A stretch of 64,000 nt of DNA from Escherichia phage vB_EcoM-Pr121LW, in sequence record MH752840.1; one strand, 5' to 3'. How positions within the stretch are numbered: position 1 is the first letter of the stretch; the number at the start of each line of letters is the position of its first letter. Position numbers and translations under genes: made by a program. This document shows positions 29,354-38,448 of this stretch, piece after piece. The notes below the pieces were generated by a model. The model made no database searches and was not told the origin of the DNA. It saw only the letters and a list, made by a program, of their open reading frames with translations.

Positions 29354-30537
29354 TGTCAAGAAACGTATTTGAAAGTGGTCAAATCACTGTCCGTGAGTTG
29401 CCAGCTATCATTCAGTTTGCCCAGCGTCATAACCGATCTGTCCTGATTTTAGGACCAATGGGCGTGGGAAAGAGCCAAGTGATGAAGCAGATCGCCGATA
29501 ATATGTTCGGTGAGCGAGATGATAACTTGGTTGACGTGCGACTGTCAGATAAAGATCCTGCCGACTTATCTGGGCTACCTATCCCTGTAGAAGCGGATGG
29601 AACTACACGTACAGTATTTGCAATTCCAGAATTTTGGCCTGCGGATCCTGACTGGAGCGGAATTATCTTTCTGGATGAGCTCACTCATGCAGATAACTAC
29701 CTGCAAAAGGTTGCAATGCAAATTATGCTCGACCACAAGTGCGGTACCTATGCATTCCCTAAGGGTTCTGTTTTTGTGGCTGCTGGTAACCGTTCTACAG
29801 ATGGTGCGGTTCTTTCGGCGCTCGAAGCCCCTCTGGCTAACCGTTTTATCATTGTAGAAGTTACAAGCAATGCAGAGGTGTTTATTGAGGACTACGCATT
29901 CCTTAATGGGGTGCACTCCTCTGTAATTGGATATCTGAAAAGAGTTCCATCAGCTATCGATAATTATGAGGCCATGGCTGAGATTAATTGTCCATCTTTT
30001 GCCACACCACGATCTTGGGTTGCTGCATCTGATATCTTGCACGATTTTGACAGCGGTATTATTTCTGACGCTATGGCCCGTGTTCTTCTGCAAGGTGCTA
30101 TCGGTCACACTGCAGCGGTAGAGATCTGGACTTACCACACCAAGAAACGCAACTTACCGGAAATCGGTCGGATTATGGCAGGAGGTTGCAAAGAATATGT
30201 AGGTCCTAAACAGCCAGACATCTTGTGGATTCTTGGATCTGAAGGCTGTATCGCTATTCGTAATATGATGGAAAATGCAAGTATCTCCGACGAAGATCTT
30301 GTTAGCTGTGTGGCAAACTTCCTCGATTTCCTTTGGGAAAACTTCAAGGACGAGAACCGAGATTTTGTATTCTCGGTCTTTATGGCGATGATGAAACCTA
30401 ATGCCTTAGGAAATGCCTTGCTTATCGGTAAAGGTCGTGACAAGATTGTTGCTCAGCTGATCAAAGCATACCCAAACCTGATGAAGATTGTAAAAGAGTT
30501 TGGTGAAGAGTTTAGCGCCATTTTGGCTAAAGCTTAA
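29353..30537 (+). CDS. AAA+ ATPase, MoxR/AAA_5-like
   Basis: 394 aa; Walker A LILGPMGVGKSQ; Walker B IIFLDELTHA; sensor region AAGNRSTDG. Confidence 0.8.
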   Translation: MSRNVFESGQITVRELPAIIQFAQRHNRSVLILGPMGVGKSQVMKQIADNMFGERDDNLVDVRLSDKDPADLSGLPIPVEADGTTRTVFAIPEFWPADPDWSGIIFLDELTHADNYLQKVAMQIMLDHKCGTYAFPKGSVFVAAGNRSTDGAVLSALEAPLANRFIIVEVTSNAEVFIEDYAFLNGVHSSVIGYLKRVPSAIDNYEAMAEINCPSFATPRSWVAASDILHDFDSGIISDAMARVLLQGAIGHTAAVEIWTYHTKKRNLPEIGRIMAGGCKEYVGPKQPDILWILGSEGCIAIRNMMENASISDEDLVSCVANFLDFLWENFKDENRDFVFSVFMAMMKPNALGNALLIGKGRDKIVAQLIKAYPNLMKIVKEFGEEFSAILAKA

Positions 30538-30546
30538 GGAGGTTGT

Positions 30547-30927
30547 ATGGCTAAAGTAGGTAAGCGGGGGAACTACCTGGTGATATTGACCGAGGAGCCG
30601 GAGAAGGAGTATGAATGCAGCTCCACTTGCGTGATCGATATCCGAGAAAAAGATGTAGATGAAATCTGGTTTAAAATATTGGACGCTTGCGATAGCAGTG
30701 ATTATTTCTTCATCTATGTCAACGATAAGGCTGGGTTCTTCCATGACGACGGAGAGTTGCCGTATGAAATCTATGAACTTGTAGAGGCTTGCCATCGTGG
30801 AGATGCGGAGTTGTTTGGCTTACGGCTGAAAAGCGGTAAATTCTTCTATCAAGATGAGTGCATGAATCTTCATAACTTTGTAGAGGGAACTTGCAACGAT
30901 GGAGAGATTTTGGCACACTACGATTAA
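30547..30927 (+). CDS. hypothetical protein
   Basis: 126 aa; AAGGAGG SD. Confidence 0.5.
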   Translation: MAKVGKRGNYLVILTEEPEKEYECSSTCVIDIREKDVDEIWFKILDACDSSDYFFIYVNDKAGFFHDDGELPYEIYELVEACHRGDAELFGLRLKSGKFFYQDECMNLHNFVEGTCNDGEILAHYD

Positions 30928-30937
30928 TTTCTAAGAC

Positions 30938-30966
30938 CACCCCGCTTCGGCGGGGATTTTCTATTT
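30938..30966 (+). terminator. rho-independent terminator, CCCCGC-UUCG-GCGGGG hairpin
   Basis: Same hairpin core as 4800-4815, followed by ATTTTCTATTT. Confidence 0.7.
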
Positions 30967-30975
30967 GGAGTTATT

Positions 30976-31476
30976 GTGAAAATTAAGATCTTTGCTATTA
31001 TTTTGAGCGCATTTTTATCGCTGCCTGTTGTTGCAGCACCAAAACAAAAAGTATACCATACTTGCAAGCCATCAGATACTAAGGAAAACATTCTAGCATG
31101 CAATATCTACAGGGAAGCTAGAGGGGATGGCACGATGGGTATGCTGGCATCTGGGTTTGCCACCCTAAACAGGAAATCTCATCCCAAATACCCAGACACT
31201 ATAAGAAAGATTGTCTACCAACCTAATCAGTTTTCGTGGACAAACTACGGCAAAACTTTTAAGGTGACAGAAAAAGATTCATGGGATCACGCTAAAAGTC
31301 TTGCAAAGATGCTTCTAAAGGTCTATAATAACAACCATGTTGCATACATGGCTATGGATATAACAGGTGGAGCAACACACTACCATACAACCAAAGTACG
31401 ACCGAAATGGGCAAAAAAGATGCAGAGGACAGCTCAATTCGGGAGCCATATCTACTACAAGGAGCGCAATAAATGA
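30976..31476 (+). CDS. secreted cell-wall hydrolase, SleB/Hydrolase_2-like
   Basis: 166 aa; N-terminal signal peptide MKIKIFAIILSAFLSLPVVAAP; motifs CNIYREARGDG…MLASGFATLNR…YQPNQFSW. Confidence 0.7.
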   Translation: MKIKIFAIILSAFLSLPVVAAPKQKVYHTCKPSDTKENILACNIYREARGDGTMGMLASGFATLNRKSHPKYPDTIRKIVYQPNQFSWTNYGKTFKVTEKDSWDHAKSLAKMLLKVYNNNHVAYMAMDITGGATHYHTTKVRPKWAKKMQRTAQFGSHIYYKERNK

Positions 31477-33455
31477 TCGTAAACAGTAATGAAACTAAAG
31501 CGGTACTGACCGGGAATATGGAGGTAACCAGGGGATCAATTTCTCTGAACAAAGAGACTTTTGGGCTAATCATTAAAGGGATTTACGAAGATAAGGTGCT
31601 GGCAAGCTGCCGTGAACCAATCTTCAATGCTGTGGACTCTCATGTTGAGTCTGGACGTGGTGATGTACCGATCATCATTCACTCTCCTACAGACCTTGAA
31701 CCATACTTCTTTGTACAGGACGTTGGATTGGGCATGTCAGAAGAGATGGTCCGCAACACTTTCATGAACCTCGGGGAGTCAACCAAGCGCAACAGCAACG
31801 CTCTGGTAGGTAATAAAGGTGTTGGTTCAAAGGCTCCGTTCAGCATGGTGGACACTTTCGATGTGATCAGCGTGCATAACGGTGTTGAAAGCACATATCT
31901 ATTGTTCTTGGATCAGGGTATCCCAAACGTTACCAAGATCCGCGAGCGGAAGACTGAAGAGCACAACGGGGTAAAAGTTCAGTTCCATGTTAAGAAAGAG
32001 CATGTCCTGAAATATCGCACTGCTATTGCATCGTGCTTACGCTATGCGAAGTTTCCGTTCACCGTCACCGATCCCATGACCAGTAAGATGTTAGAAGGTG
32101 ACAAGGTTGAGGCACAGTATCGTTACGAGAAGGATGGCTGGAAAATGACCATCCTGAAAGGTTATACCAGTTCTGATGAGAGCCGTGTTGTGATGGGTCA
32201 CCAACCTTACCGCTCTAAGTTCCTGGAGACATTGACCGATTACCCTGCAATCTGCGTGGAAATTCCTATTGGGGATTGCAATATTAACCCTGGGCGTGAA
32301 TGGACCATAGAGGGCCATGACGACGGTGGATTCCAGGATCGCCTGGAGGCCTTTGTCAAAGAAGGTATACGTCTTCGCGGGGCAGAAGTTGTTGCAGAAC
32401 TGGAGACGGCAAAAACCTCCGCAGAAGCACGTGAAATGATGAAGAATAGTGGTGTGTTCGGACACATCTTCGGCAAAAACTTTATGTGGAACCGTTGGGA
32501 AGAAACAGGGCTTGGTGACTTAGGCGATTGTGAAATTTTCGCTGGCGGCTTAAATAAGGGCCGCATAGGCTATGCTCGTTACGGAAAGTCGGAGTTCTTA
32601 CGAGGTGTATACCTTGTATTTAACGACGGAGACGGCAAATATAACCGGAATAAGTGTAACTACTTAAGCGAGATCACCGGACGCAACGTTTTCTATTGCC
32701 GTAACACGGATCTGGTGGAAGAGTTTAAAGAAGCGGCACACCACCCGTTCTTTGCAGATACGGTCAAATTGTTATCAGAACTCCCTCGCCGACCTGTCAA
32801 GAAAGGTGAAACAAAAACTCGTTATGAGCCAGGCTATTGGGTTAAAAAACTTGAGAAGGATGGTTACTTCCGCCGTGAGCGTATTACTAAGGCAGAGTTC
32901 CGGAAGATTAAACACTGCATCCCTTATGAGGGTGATATCCAACGTGGAAGTTGTTGGCTGGGGCAGATGAGTAACATCTACCAGCAAAATTATGACCGTG
33001 TGCGTGCGGCACTTCAGATTCCTGAAGGTGAAGATCTGTACCTGGTATCAGAATCTCGTCTGCTTTGGACTGGTCCTGATTGCCAGTATGTTACAGAGAA
33101 AAATGTGGAACATTTGTTGAAAGAGGACGCCTGGCAATTCTTACTGACTCGCGCAGCAAATGAAACTTCATATGACAGCCTGTATAGACAATTAGGGAAA
33201 ATTATCCCCATGCAAGATTTTGGAAATTATCGGCCACATTTCCACAAGTGGGAAGGTAACACCGCGTGGAAGCACAGTGAGCTAAATCATCGTGCCAAAA
33301 TCTTAATCGCTAACCGAGTCAAGTGCGGGAAGGCCTATATTGCAAGATTGGAAAAGAAATATCCGCTTTTGAAGCATGTGGGCTTGAAATATTGGGACAC
33401 TCCTGCTATGATTGAATACCGTGAACTGATCGACGCAAAGAATAACACCAAATAA
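31473..33455 (+). CDS. rIIA: rIIA-like protein with GHKL-type ATPase domain
   Basis: 660 aa; N box REPIFNAVDSH, G1 box FVQDVGLGMS, G2 GNKGVGSKAPFSMVDTFDVIS; resembles T4 rIIA as recalled. Confidence 0.8.
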   Translation: MIVNSNETKAVLTGNMEVTRGSISLNKETFGLIIKGIYEDKVLASCREPIFNAVDSHVESGRGDVPIIIHSPTDLEPYFFVQDVGLGMSEEMVRNTFMNLGESTKRNSNALVGNKGVGSKAPFSMVDTFDVISVHNGVESTYLLFLDQGIPNVTKIRERKTEEHNGVKVQFHVKKEHVLKYRTAIASCLRYAKFPFTVTDPMTSKMLEGDKVEAQYRYEKDGWKMTILKGYTSSDESRVVMGHQPYRSKFLETLTDYPAICVEIPIGDCNINPGREWTIEGHDDGGFQDRLEAFVKEGIRLRGAEVVAELETAKTSAEAREMMKNSGVFGHIFGKNFMWNRWEETGLGDLGDCEIFAGGLNKGRIGYARYGKSEFLRGVYLVFNDGDGKYNRNKCNYLSEITGRNVFYCRNTDLVEEFKEAAHHPFFADTVKLLSELPRRPVKKGETKTRYEPGYWVKKLEKDGYFRRERITKAEFRKIKHCIPYEGDIQRGSCWLGQMSNIYQQNYDRVRAALQIPEGEDLYLVSESRLLWTGPDCQYVTEKNVEHLLKEDAWQFLLTRAANETSYDSLYRQLGKIIPMQDFGNYRPHFHKWEGNTAWKHSELNHRAKILIANRVKCGKAYIARLEKKYPLLKHVGLKYWDTPAMIEYRELIDAKNNTK

Positions 33456-33465
33456 GGAGACAGCT

Positions 33466-34671
33466 ATGATTTTCATCTACGAACATTTCAAAACTCGTAA
33501 AGAAGCACGCGACCGCCGTGCAGAACTTGAGAAGAAGGGTTTCACATGTGCTATTGAGAAAGGTACTACAACATGGACACTGGCAGTAGGTGCCCCAGAG
33601 CTGTTTGATCCTGACCGAGACAGTGTCTGCTATACCCGTGAGGATTTTGAAACCCGCGAAGAGGCCCGTTTATTCCGCTACGGACTGGAAGACAACGGTA
33701 AGTACGCCATGATCTTAGATTCAGGAGAAGGTTCCGTTAAACGTTGGAGTGTGGTATACCCACTGTGCGTTGTTCACGGTGTGGGGTTCACTGGAGTAGC
33801 AATCAAGTCAGAAGAACCTTCAGTAGAAGTCAAAGATCCGGTGCTGGAGGTGGTAAGCAGTGTTTCTCAACAACAGACTCGAAGCATAGAGCCTTTAGTA
33901 GTTATTTGTGGAGAACTTCTCCAAATCACCTGCAACGAAGGTATTTTTGAAATTCGCCGCAGTGAAAGTGAAGAAGTTTACCAGAAAGTCTTCGACCATA
34001 TCTCTGTTCAGAAATATGACGAGGCAATTGGTGAAATCCTTGTCTGGTTGGAACGCAAGAATGAGTTCACTACACTTGCAGACAACCTGATTATGAAAGA
34101 TGGTAAGCTCTATTACTACGGTGTAGAGATGCAATCTACCATTGCAAAGAAAATTGAGGAAGATTATGTAGATGGAACACTGGACGACCGATATGTTAAA
34201 TTCCTTGTCCGTCTGCTACGCAACCCGTCTGCAAAATCTGTGAACATGCTCTACGATTTCATGCAGGCTAATGACATCCAGGTTGCAGAAGATGGTCGAA
34301 TCATTTGCTATAAAGGGGTTCAGTTTAACGGAGGCAAGTGGGTGGATTGGCACAGCGGTAAAGTTCCACAATACCAGGGTGCTTTTGTATCCATGCCTCG
34401 TAACTTTGTAGAAGATGATCCGGAAGCTGCGTGTTCTTATGGCCTGCACTGCGCCAGCAAAGAGTATGCAGCTGGCTATGGCACCGTAATGATGGTTATG
34501 GTTGACCCTGCGGATGTGGTTAGTGTGCCATACCAACACAACAGTGCTAAGTGCCGTGCATGCCGCTACGAAATCGTAGCAGCACCGGAATCACGCAAAG
34601 ATGGCGATCCGATTGAATACGTAGTTGACCGTGATGGTAACATCATCGACATTATCTACGAGGAGGCGTAA
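33466..34671 (+). CDS. rIIB: rIIB-like protein
   Basis: 401 aa; C-terminal MLYDFMQANDIQVAEDG…SYGLHCASKEY…VDPADVVSVP…AKCRACRYEIV resembles T4 rIIB as recalled; adjacent to rIIA. Confidence 0.8.
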   Translation: MIFIYEHFKTRKEARDRRAELEKKGFTCAIEKGTTTWTLAVGAPELFDPDRDSVCYTREDFETREEARLFRYGLEDNGKYAMILDSGEGSVKRWSVVYPLCVVHGVGFTGVAIKSEEPSVEVKDPVLEVVSSVSQQQTRSIEPLVVICGELLQITCNEGIFEIRRSESEEVYQKVFDHISVQKYDEAIGEILVWLERKNEFTTLADNLIMKDGKLYYYGVEMQSTIAKKIEEDYVDGTLDDRYVKFLVRLLRNPSAKSVNMLYDFMQANDIQVAEDGRIICYKGVQFNGGKWVDWHSGKVPQYQGAFVSMPRNFVEDDPEAACSYGLHCASKEYAAGYGTVMMVMVDPADVVSVPYQHNSAKCRACRYEIVAAPESRKDGDPIEYVVDRDGNIIDIIYEEA

Positions 34672-36041
34672 TGGAAAAAGGGCAGTATGACGTAGGCACA
34701 GATGCTGCCCTCATTGCAATCATGAGCGGTGAGAATGTCTTCGTTTCAGGACCCGCAGGTTGTGGGAAGACGTATCTCATCAACATGATCCAGTCCATGT
34801 ATGGAGACTCTTGCATAACGGTTGCCCCGACAGGGGTAGCCGCATTAAACGTTAATGGAGCAACAGCACACCGAACATTCGATCTTGCAGCAGGTGTGAG
34901 CATGGAGTCGGACTGGACTGCAATAAGGGCAAAAACAGCAAAGCCTTTGAAAAGCAAGGCATTTACCATCCTAATTATCGATGAAATCTCTATGATCCGT
35001 GCTGATAAGTTTATAGAGATGGATAGGAAACTCCGCTTCCTTCGAAAAAATGACAAACCTTTCGGAGGCATACAGGTCATATTGTTTGGCGATTTTTACC
35101 AAGCACCTCCTGTTGTCTCTTCTATGGAGAAGGAAGCCTACTTCAACTTCTACCATACGGACCTGTGTTGCTATACCGAATCTTGGAAAGAGCTTGACCT
35201 CCACAACATAGCCCTAGTAGATCAGTTCCGACAGGAGTCTATTCGATTTGCCACAATGCTCAACTGTGTTCGTGAGGGTCGTCGCATAAAAGAGGTTGTA
35301 GCAGAACTTAATGCTCGTTGTTACAAAGGCGGTGTACCAACAGACGCTCTCACAATTTGCGCCACCAACAAACAAGCGGAGGAAGTGAACAGAAGGTTCT
35401 ATGATGCCATCAACGCCCCAGAAAAGGTATACACTGGTGAAATGAAGGGTAAGTTTCCCTCCACCCTGCCAGTTGAGCAGGAGATGAAGTTGAAAATTGG
35501 CATGAAAGTTATGATAACCGCCAACGATGTTGACCCGACGCACAAAGTACCTTATTATGTTAACGGAACACGTGCCACAATTGTTAAATTTAAGAACAAG
35601 GCGGTGGTGGTAGAGCTTGAAGATGGAACACAGGTTGACATAGAACAGAGGTTGTGGGAGAATAACGAGTATAAGCCATCTCAAAGATACAACATTGCAG
35701 AAAGGAAGATGGAGAAGTTTATAGAGAGGGTAGTGATTGGATCATACAAGCAACTTCCTCTGAAATCTGGGTATGCCGTAACATCTCATAAAAGTCAAGG
35801 ACTTACGCTAGATTGTTACAACCTGGACCTTGGAAAGAACGGAGCTTTCTCTCCTGGGATGACGTATGTTGCTTTGAGTCGAGTTAAGACAATACAAGGG
35901 ATAAACTTGTTGCGTCCACTAAGAGAAGTTGATATTATTGTTGACCCGCGAGTCGTAGAGTTTTACAATACAACATTCCCTGACTTAGACAAAATTGTCA
36001 GGAAAGATTTTGAAACCAGAGCAGAAGAGGGGGACGTATGA
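34671..36041 (+). CDS. SF1B DNA helicase, Pif1/RecD/Dda-like
   Basis: 456 aa; Walker A GPAGCGKTY; Walker B LIIDEISM; motif SHKSQGLTLD. Confidence 0.8.
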   Translation: MEKGQYDVGTDAALIAIMSGENVFVSGPAGCGKTYLINMIQSMYGDSCITVAPTGVAALNVNGATAHRTFDLAAGVSMESDWTAIRAKTAKPLKSKAFTILIIDEISMIRADKFIEMDRKLRFLRKNDKPFGGIQVILFGDFYQAPPVVSSMEKEAYFNFYHTDLCCYTESWKELDLHNIALVDQFRQESIRFATMLNCVREGRRIKEVVAELNARCYKGGVPTDALTICATNKQAEEVNRRFYDAINAPEKVYTGEMKGKFPSTLPVEQEMKLKIGMKVMITANDVDPTHKVPYYVNGTRATIVKFKNKAVVVELEDGTQVDIEQRLWENNEYKPSQRYNIAERKMEKFIERVVIGSYKQLPLKSGYAVTSHKSQGLTLDCYNLDLGKNGAFSPGMTYVALSRVKTIQGINLLRPLREVDIIVDPRVVEFYNTTFPDLDKIVRKDFETRAEEGDV

Positions 36042-36379
36042 GTTTGTGGAGAAATATAGTTAACTACGTGTGTGGCAATCCAACTCCTGAAGAGAAGGAT
36101 GTTGTGATTCACGATTTTACTAAAAGATCTCGTGAAAAAGACCTGCTGCTAACAAAGGTGGTTGATAAAGATCCTGCAGTCGGGGACTGGGCAGGTTTTG
36201 CGTTTACATCGGACAAATACACCTTTAACAAAGGTGACTATCTTGTTGTAGATTTTAACGAAGACATTGAGGGTGCTGAACCTTACTATCAGACCCTTAT
36301 TATTGCAGGGTGCGTTGATCTCTCTGCAGGAATGCACAGTTTGATTCTTTTTGAGCTTGACTCTGAAGACCTTCAGTAG
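36038..36379 (+). CDS. hypothetical protein
   Basis: 113 aa; ATGA overlap with helicase stop. Confidence 0.5.
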   Translation: MSLWRNIVNYVCGNPTPEEKDVVIHDFTKRSREKDLLLTKVVDKDPAVGDWAGFAFTSDKYTFNKGDYLVVDFNEDIEGAEPYYQTLIIAGCVDLSAGMHSLILFELDSEDLQ

Positions 36380-36439
36380 TAAGATGTTAGTCTAAAGGGG
36401 AGGCACTCCTCCCCACAAAAACTAAGGAAGCACTAAACG

Positions 36440-36742
36440 ATGAAACGTTATAAACCATACACTTTTGAAATCGATTTCGAACTTGACGATATGTTTACTG
36501 TGGAAGCTCAAGCAGTTGTCCAGTTGCCAGACTCGGAGTGCCGTGACTCTGATGTTGACTATTACGGATTTAGACAAATTACCGATGTGCGTGTTTACCA
36601 CAACGGTGAAGAGGTGGACTTCCACCAACTACCAAACGATATGCGCCACTCAATTTACAAACGTGCAGCCCGTGAACTAGAGTCCTATCTGGATGCAGCG
36701 ACGACAGCAGCTGCATTTGCTGAAGAAGTTGGAGGTTTCTGA
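36440..36742 (+). CDS. hypothetical protein
   Basis: 100 aa; AAGGAAG SD. Confidence 0.5.
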   Translation: MKRYKPYTFEIDFELDDMFTVEAQAVVQLPDSECRDSDVDYYGFRQITDVRVYHNGEEVDFHQLPNDMRHSIYKRAARELESYLDAATTAAAFAEEVGGF

Positions 36743-37137
36743 TGATTACAGGTGTAAAGATTATCCAATACCACTTAACCAAATTGGAAGATGCTGAAAA
36801 AGAGCTTGCAGAAGTTCTGAATAGTGGATATACTTTGCTATCATGCGCCTGCTCAGATACCTACGCTGTGTGGACACTTACCCGGAAGGAAGAGCCTGCA
36901 TGGGTCTTGGTGCCAAACCCTAAGATTATTAGTGAGGTGGATGACTACCCTCAGGACGGCCTGTCAGAAGACTGGGAAGTATGGGAAGGTGGTGAAAACC
37001 CTGCACCAGGTAAGTGGGTAAAATATAAACTACGTAGTGGTGCACAGTACGCTGACTACTCTGATAACCTAGACTGGAGTCATTCTTCACTAGGATCGTC
37101 TGCAAGTTCATATGATATCGTTGCTTTTCAGGAATAA
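36742..37137 (+). CDS. hypothetical protein
   Basis: 131 aa; start overlaps upstream stop. Confidence 0.5.
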   Translation: MITGVKIIQYHLTKLEDAEKELAEVLNSGYTLLSCACSDTYAVWTLTRKEEPAWVLVPNPKIISEVDDYPQDGLSEDWEVWEGGENPAPGKWVKYKLRSGAQYADYSDNLDWSHSSLGSSASSYDIVAFQE

Positions 37138-37149
37138 GGAGAAGGTGGT

Positions 37150-37632
37150 ATGTCAGATTTTATGTGGAAAGTTGGTTATTCCTCCCCTGAAATGTGTAAG
37201 GCCTGTTTTGTGAAAATAGGTCGCGAAGATATCGACAAAGTGATCCTTAAGTTTCGTGATGTGGCTGTGATCGGCAACCGAGTGCTTAAGCACTTAAAGA
37301 ATCTGAAGCTCACCAAAAAGAAATTCTTCGGACTTTTCGAAGAGAAAGTTGATGCTTGGACCCATTGCATTCAGGAAGCTAAATCTCACTACAGTGCTAT
37401 CGTTACCCCAGAACGGGTAGCCAAGATGGAAGGACTCATCAACAGCACAGAGTTTGAGTGTCTGAAAGCTGCACTCGATAGTTATCCGAAATGCCTCAAG
37501 CACTTGGACAAGTATGTAGAAAAGGATGGGGAAATGTATCTCACCCTGGACGCATACTATGAGATGCAAGAAATTTTAAATTTAGATTTGACATTGGTAT
37601 CCACCGAGTATACAATAGGTATCCGGGTTTAA
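37150..37632 (+). CDS. hypothetical protein
   Basis: 160 aa; AGGAGAAGG SD. Confidence 0.5.
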   Translation: MSDFMWKVGYSSPEMCKACFVKIGREDIDKVILKFRDVAVIGNRVLKHLKNLKLTKKKFFGLFEEKVDAWTHCIQEAKSHYSAIVTPERVAKMEGLINSTEFECLKAALDSYPKCLKHLDKYVEKDGEMYLTLDAYYEMQEILNLDLTLVSTEYTIGIRV

Positions 37633-37638
37633 CACTAG

Positions 37639-37666
37639 GCCCTGCCCGAAAGGGTGGGGCTTTTTG
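37639..37666 (+). terminator. rho-independent terminator GCCCTGCCC-GAAA-GGGTGGGGC plus T5
   Basis: GC-rich stem with G-U pairs, GAAA loop, TTTTT; identical hairpin recurs at 47785. Confidence 0.7.
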
Positions 37667-37683
37667 CATTAGGAGACAGCAAA

Positions 37684-38448
37684 TTGAAATTTATCTACAA
37701 AGAACACTACCACAAAGGTGTTGTGTGGAGTCTATTTGACGGGTCTGGTGGTGCAGTCATTGACTGGGCAAAAGCTGGGTACCTGTGCCTGTGCTTTAAT
37801 GCAGAAGGTGCTGATCACGGCAGTTATGCAGAGGTGATAACCGATCATCCCAACATTCACTATGTGGATTATTGGATTGACCCATGGTTCCCTCAGGAAA
37901 CTTTTTGCATGTACCCAGCTCCAGACTTTATTCTTGCATTTCCTCCGTGCACGCATTTAGCGGTATCAGGTGCTGCACATTTTAAGAAAAAGCTGGCTAA
38001 GGACCCTATGATCCAAATTAATGCTGTAAAGGATGCTCGGGTTGCGGAAGAGCTGGGAGAGATTTACGATTGCCCGTGGCATGTAGAGAATCCTGTAGGT
38101 GTTATGTCCACACTGTGGCGCAAACCTGATTACCGTTTTCATCCTTCTGACTATGGCGGGTATTTACCGGAGGATGATGTAAACCCTTGGTTTCCTGAAT
38201 TTATAGCTCCACGCGATGCCTATCCAAAAATAACTTGCGGCTGGATAGGTAATGGATTTATAATCCCGGCCACAAAACCTGTCCCGCAAATAGTTGACGC
38301 GGTTAGCGGGTATTCCATGCAACACGCTAAGCTAGGTGGAAAAAGTGCAAGGACGAAGATGATTCGAAGCCTCACACCCCGTGGCTGGGCAAAAGCCGTA
38401 TTCTTAGCAAACGAGCCTGTAGTAAGGAGCAGAATTAATGGGAAGTAA
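37684..38448 (+). CDS. C5-cytosine DNA methyltransferase-like protein (non-canonical)
   Basis: ORF track 37654 (GTG inside terminator); TTG 37684 preferred, AGGAG SD 8 nt upstream; motif I SLFDGSGG, motif IV-like FPPCTH, motif VI-like HVENPVG with canonical spacing; PCT replaces PCQ. Confidence 0.5.
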   Translation: MKFIYKEHYHKGVVWSLFDGSGGAVIDWAKAGYLCLCFNAEGADHGSYAEVITDHPNIHYVDYWIDPWFPQETFCMYPAPDFILAFPPCTHLAVSGAAHFKKKLAKDPMIQINAVKDARVAEELGEIYDCPWHVENPVGVMSTLWRKPDYRFHPSDYGGYLPEDDVNPWFPEFIAPRDAYPKITCGWIGNGFIIPATKPVPQIVDAVSGYSMQHAKLGGKSARTKMIRSLTPRGWAKAVFLANEPVVRSRINGK

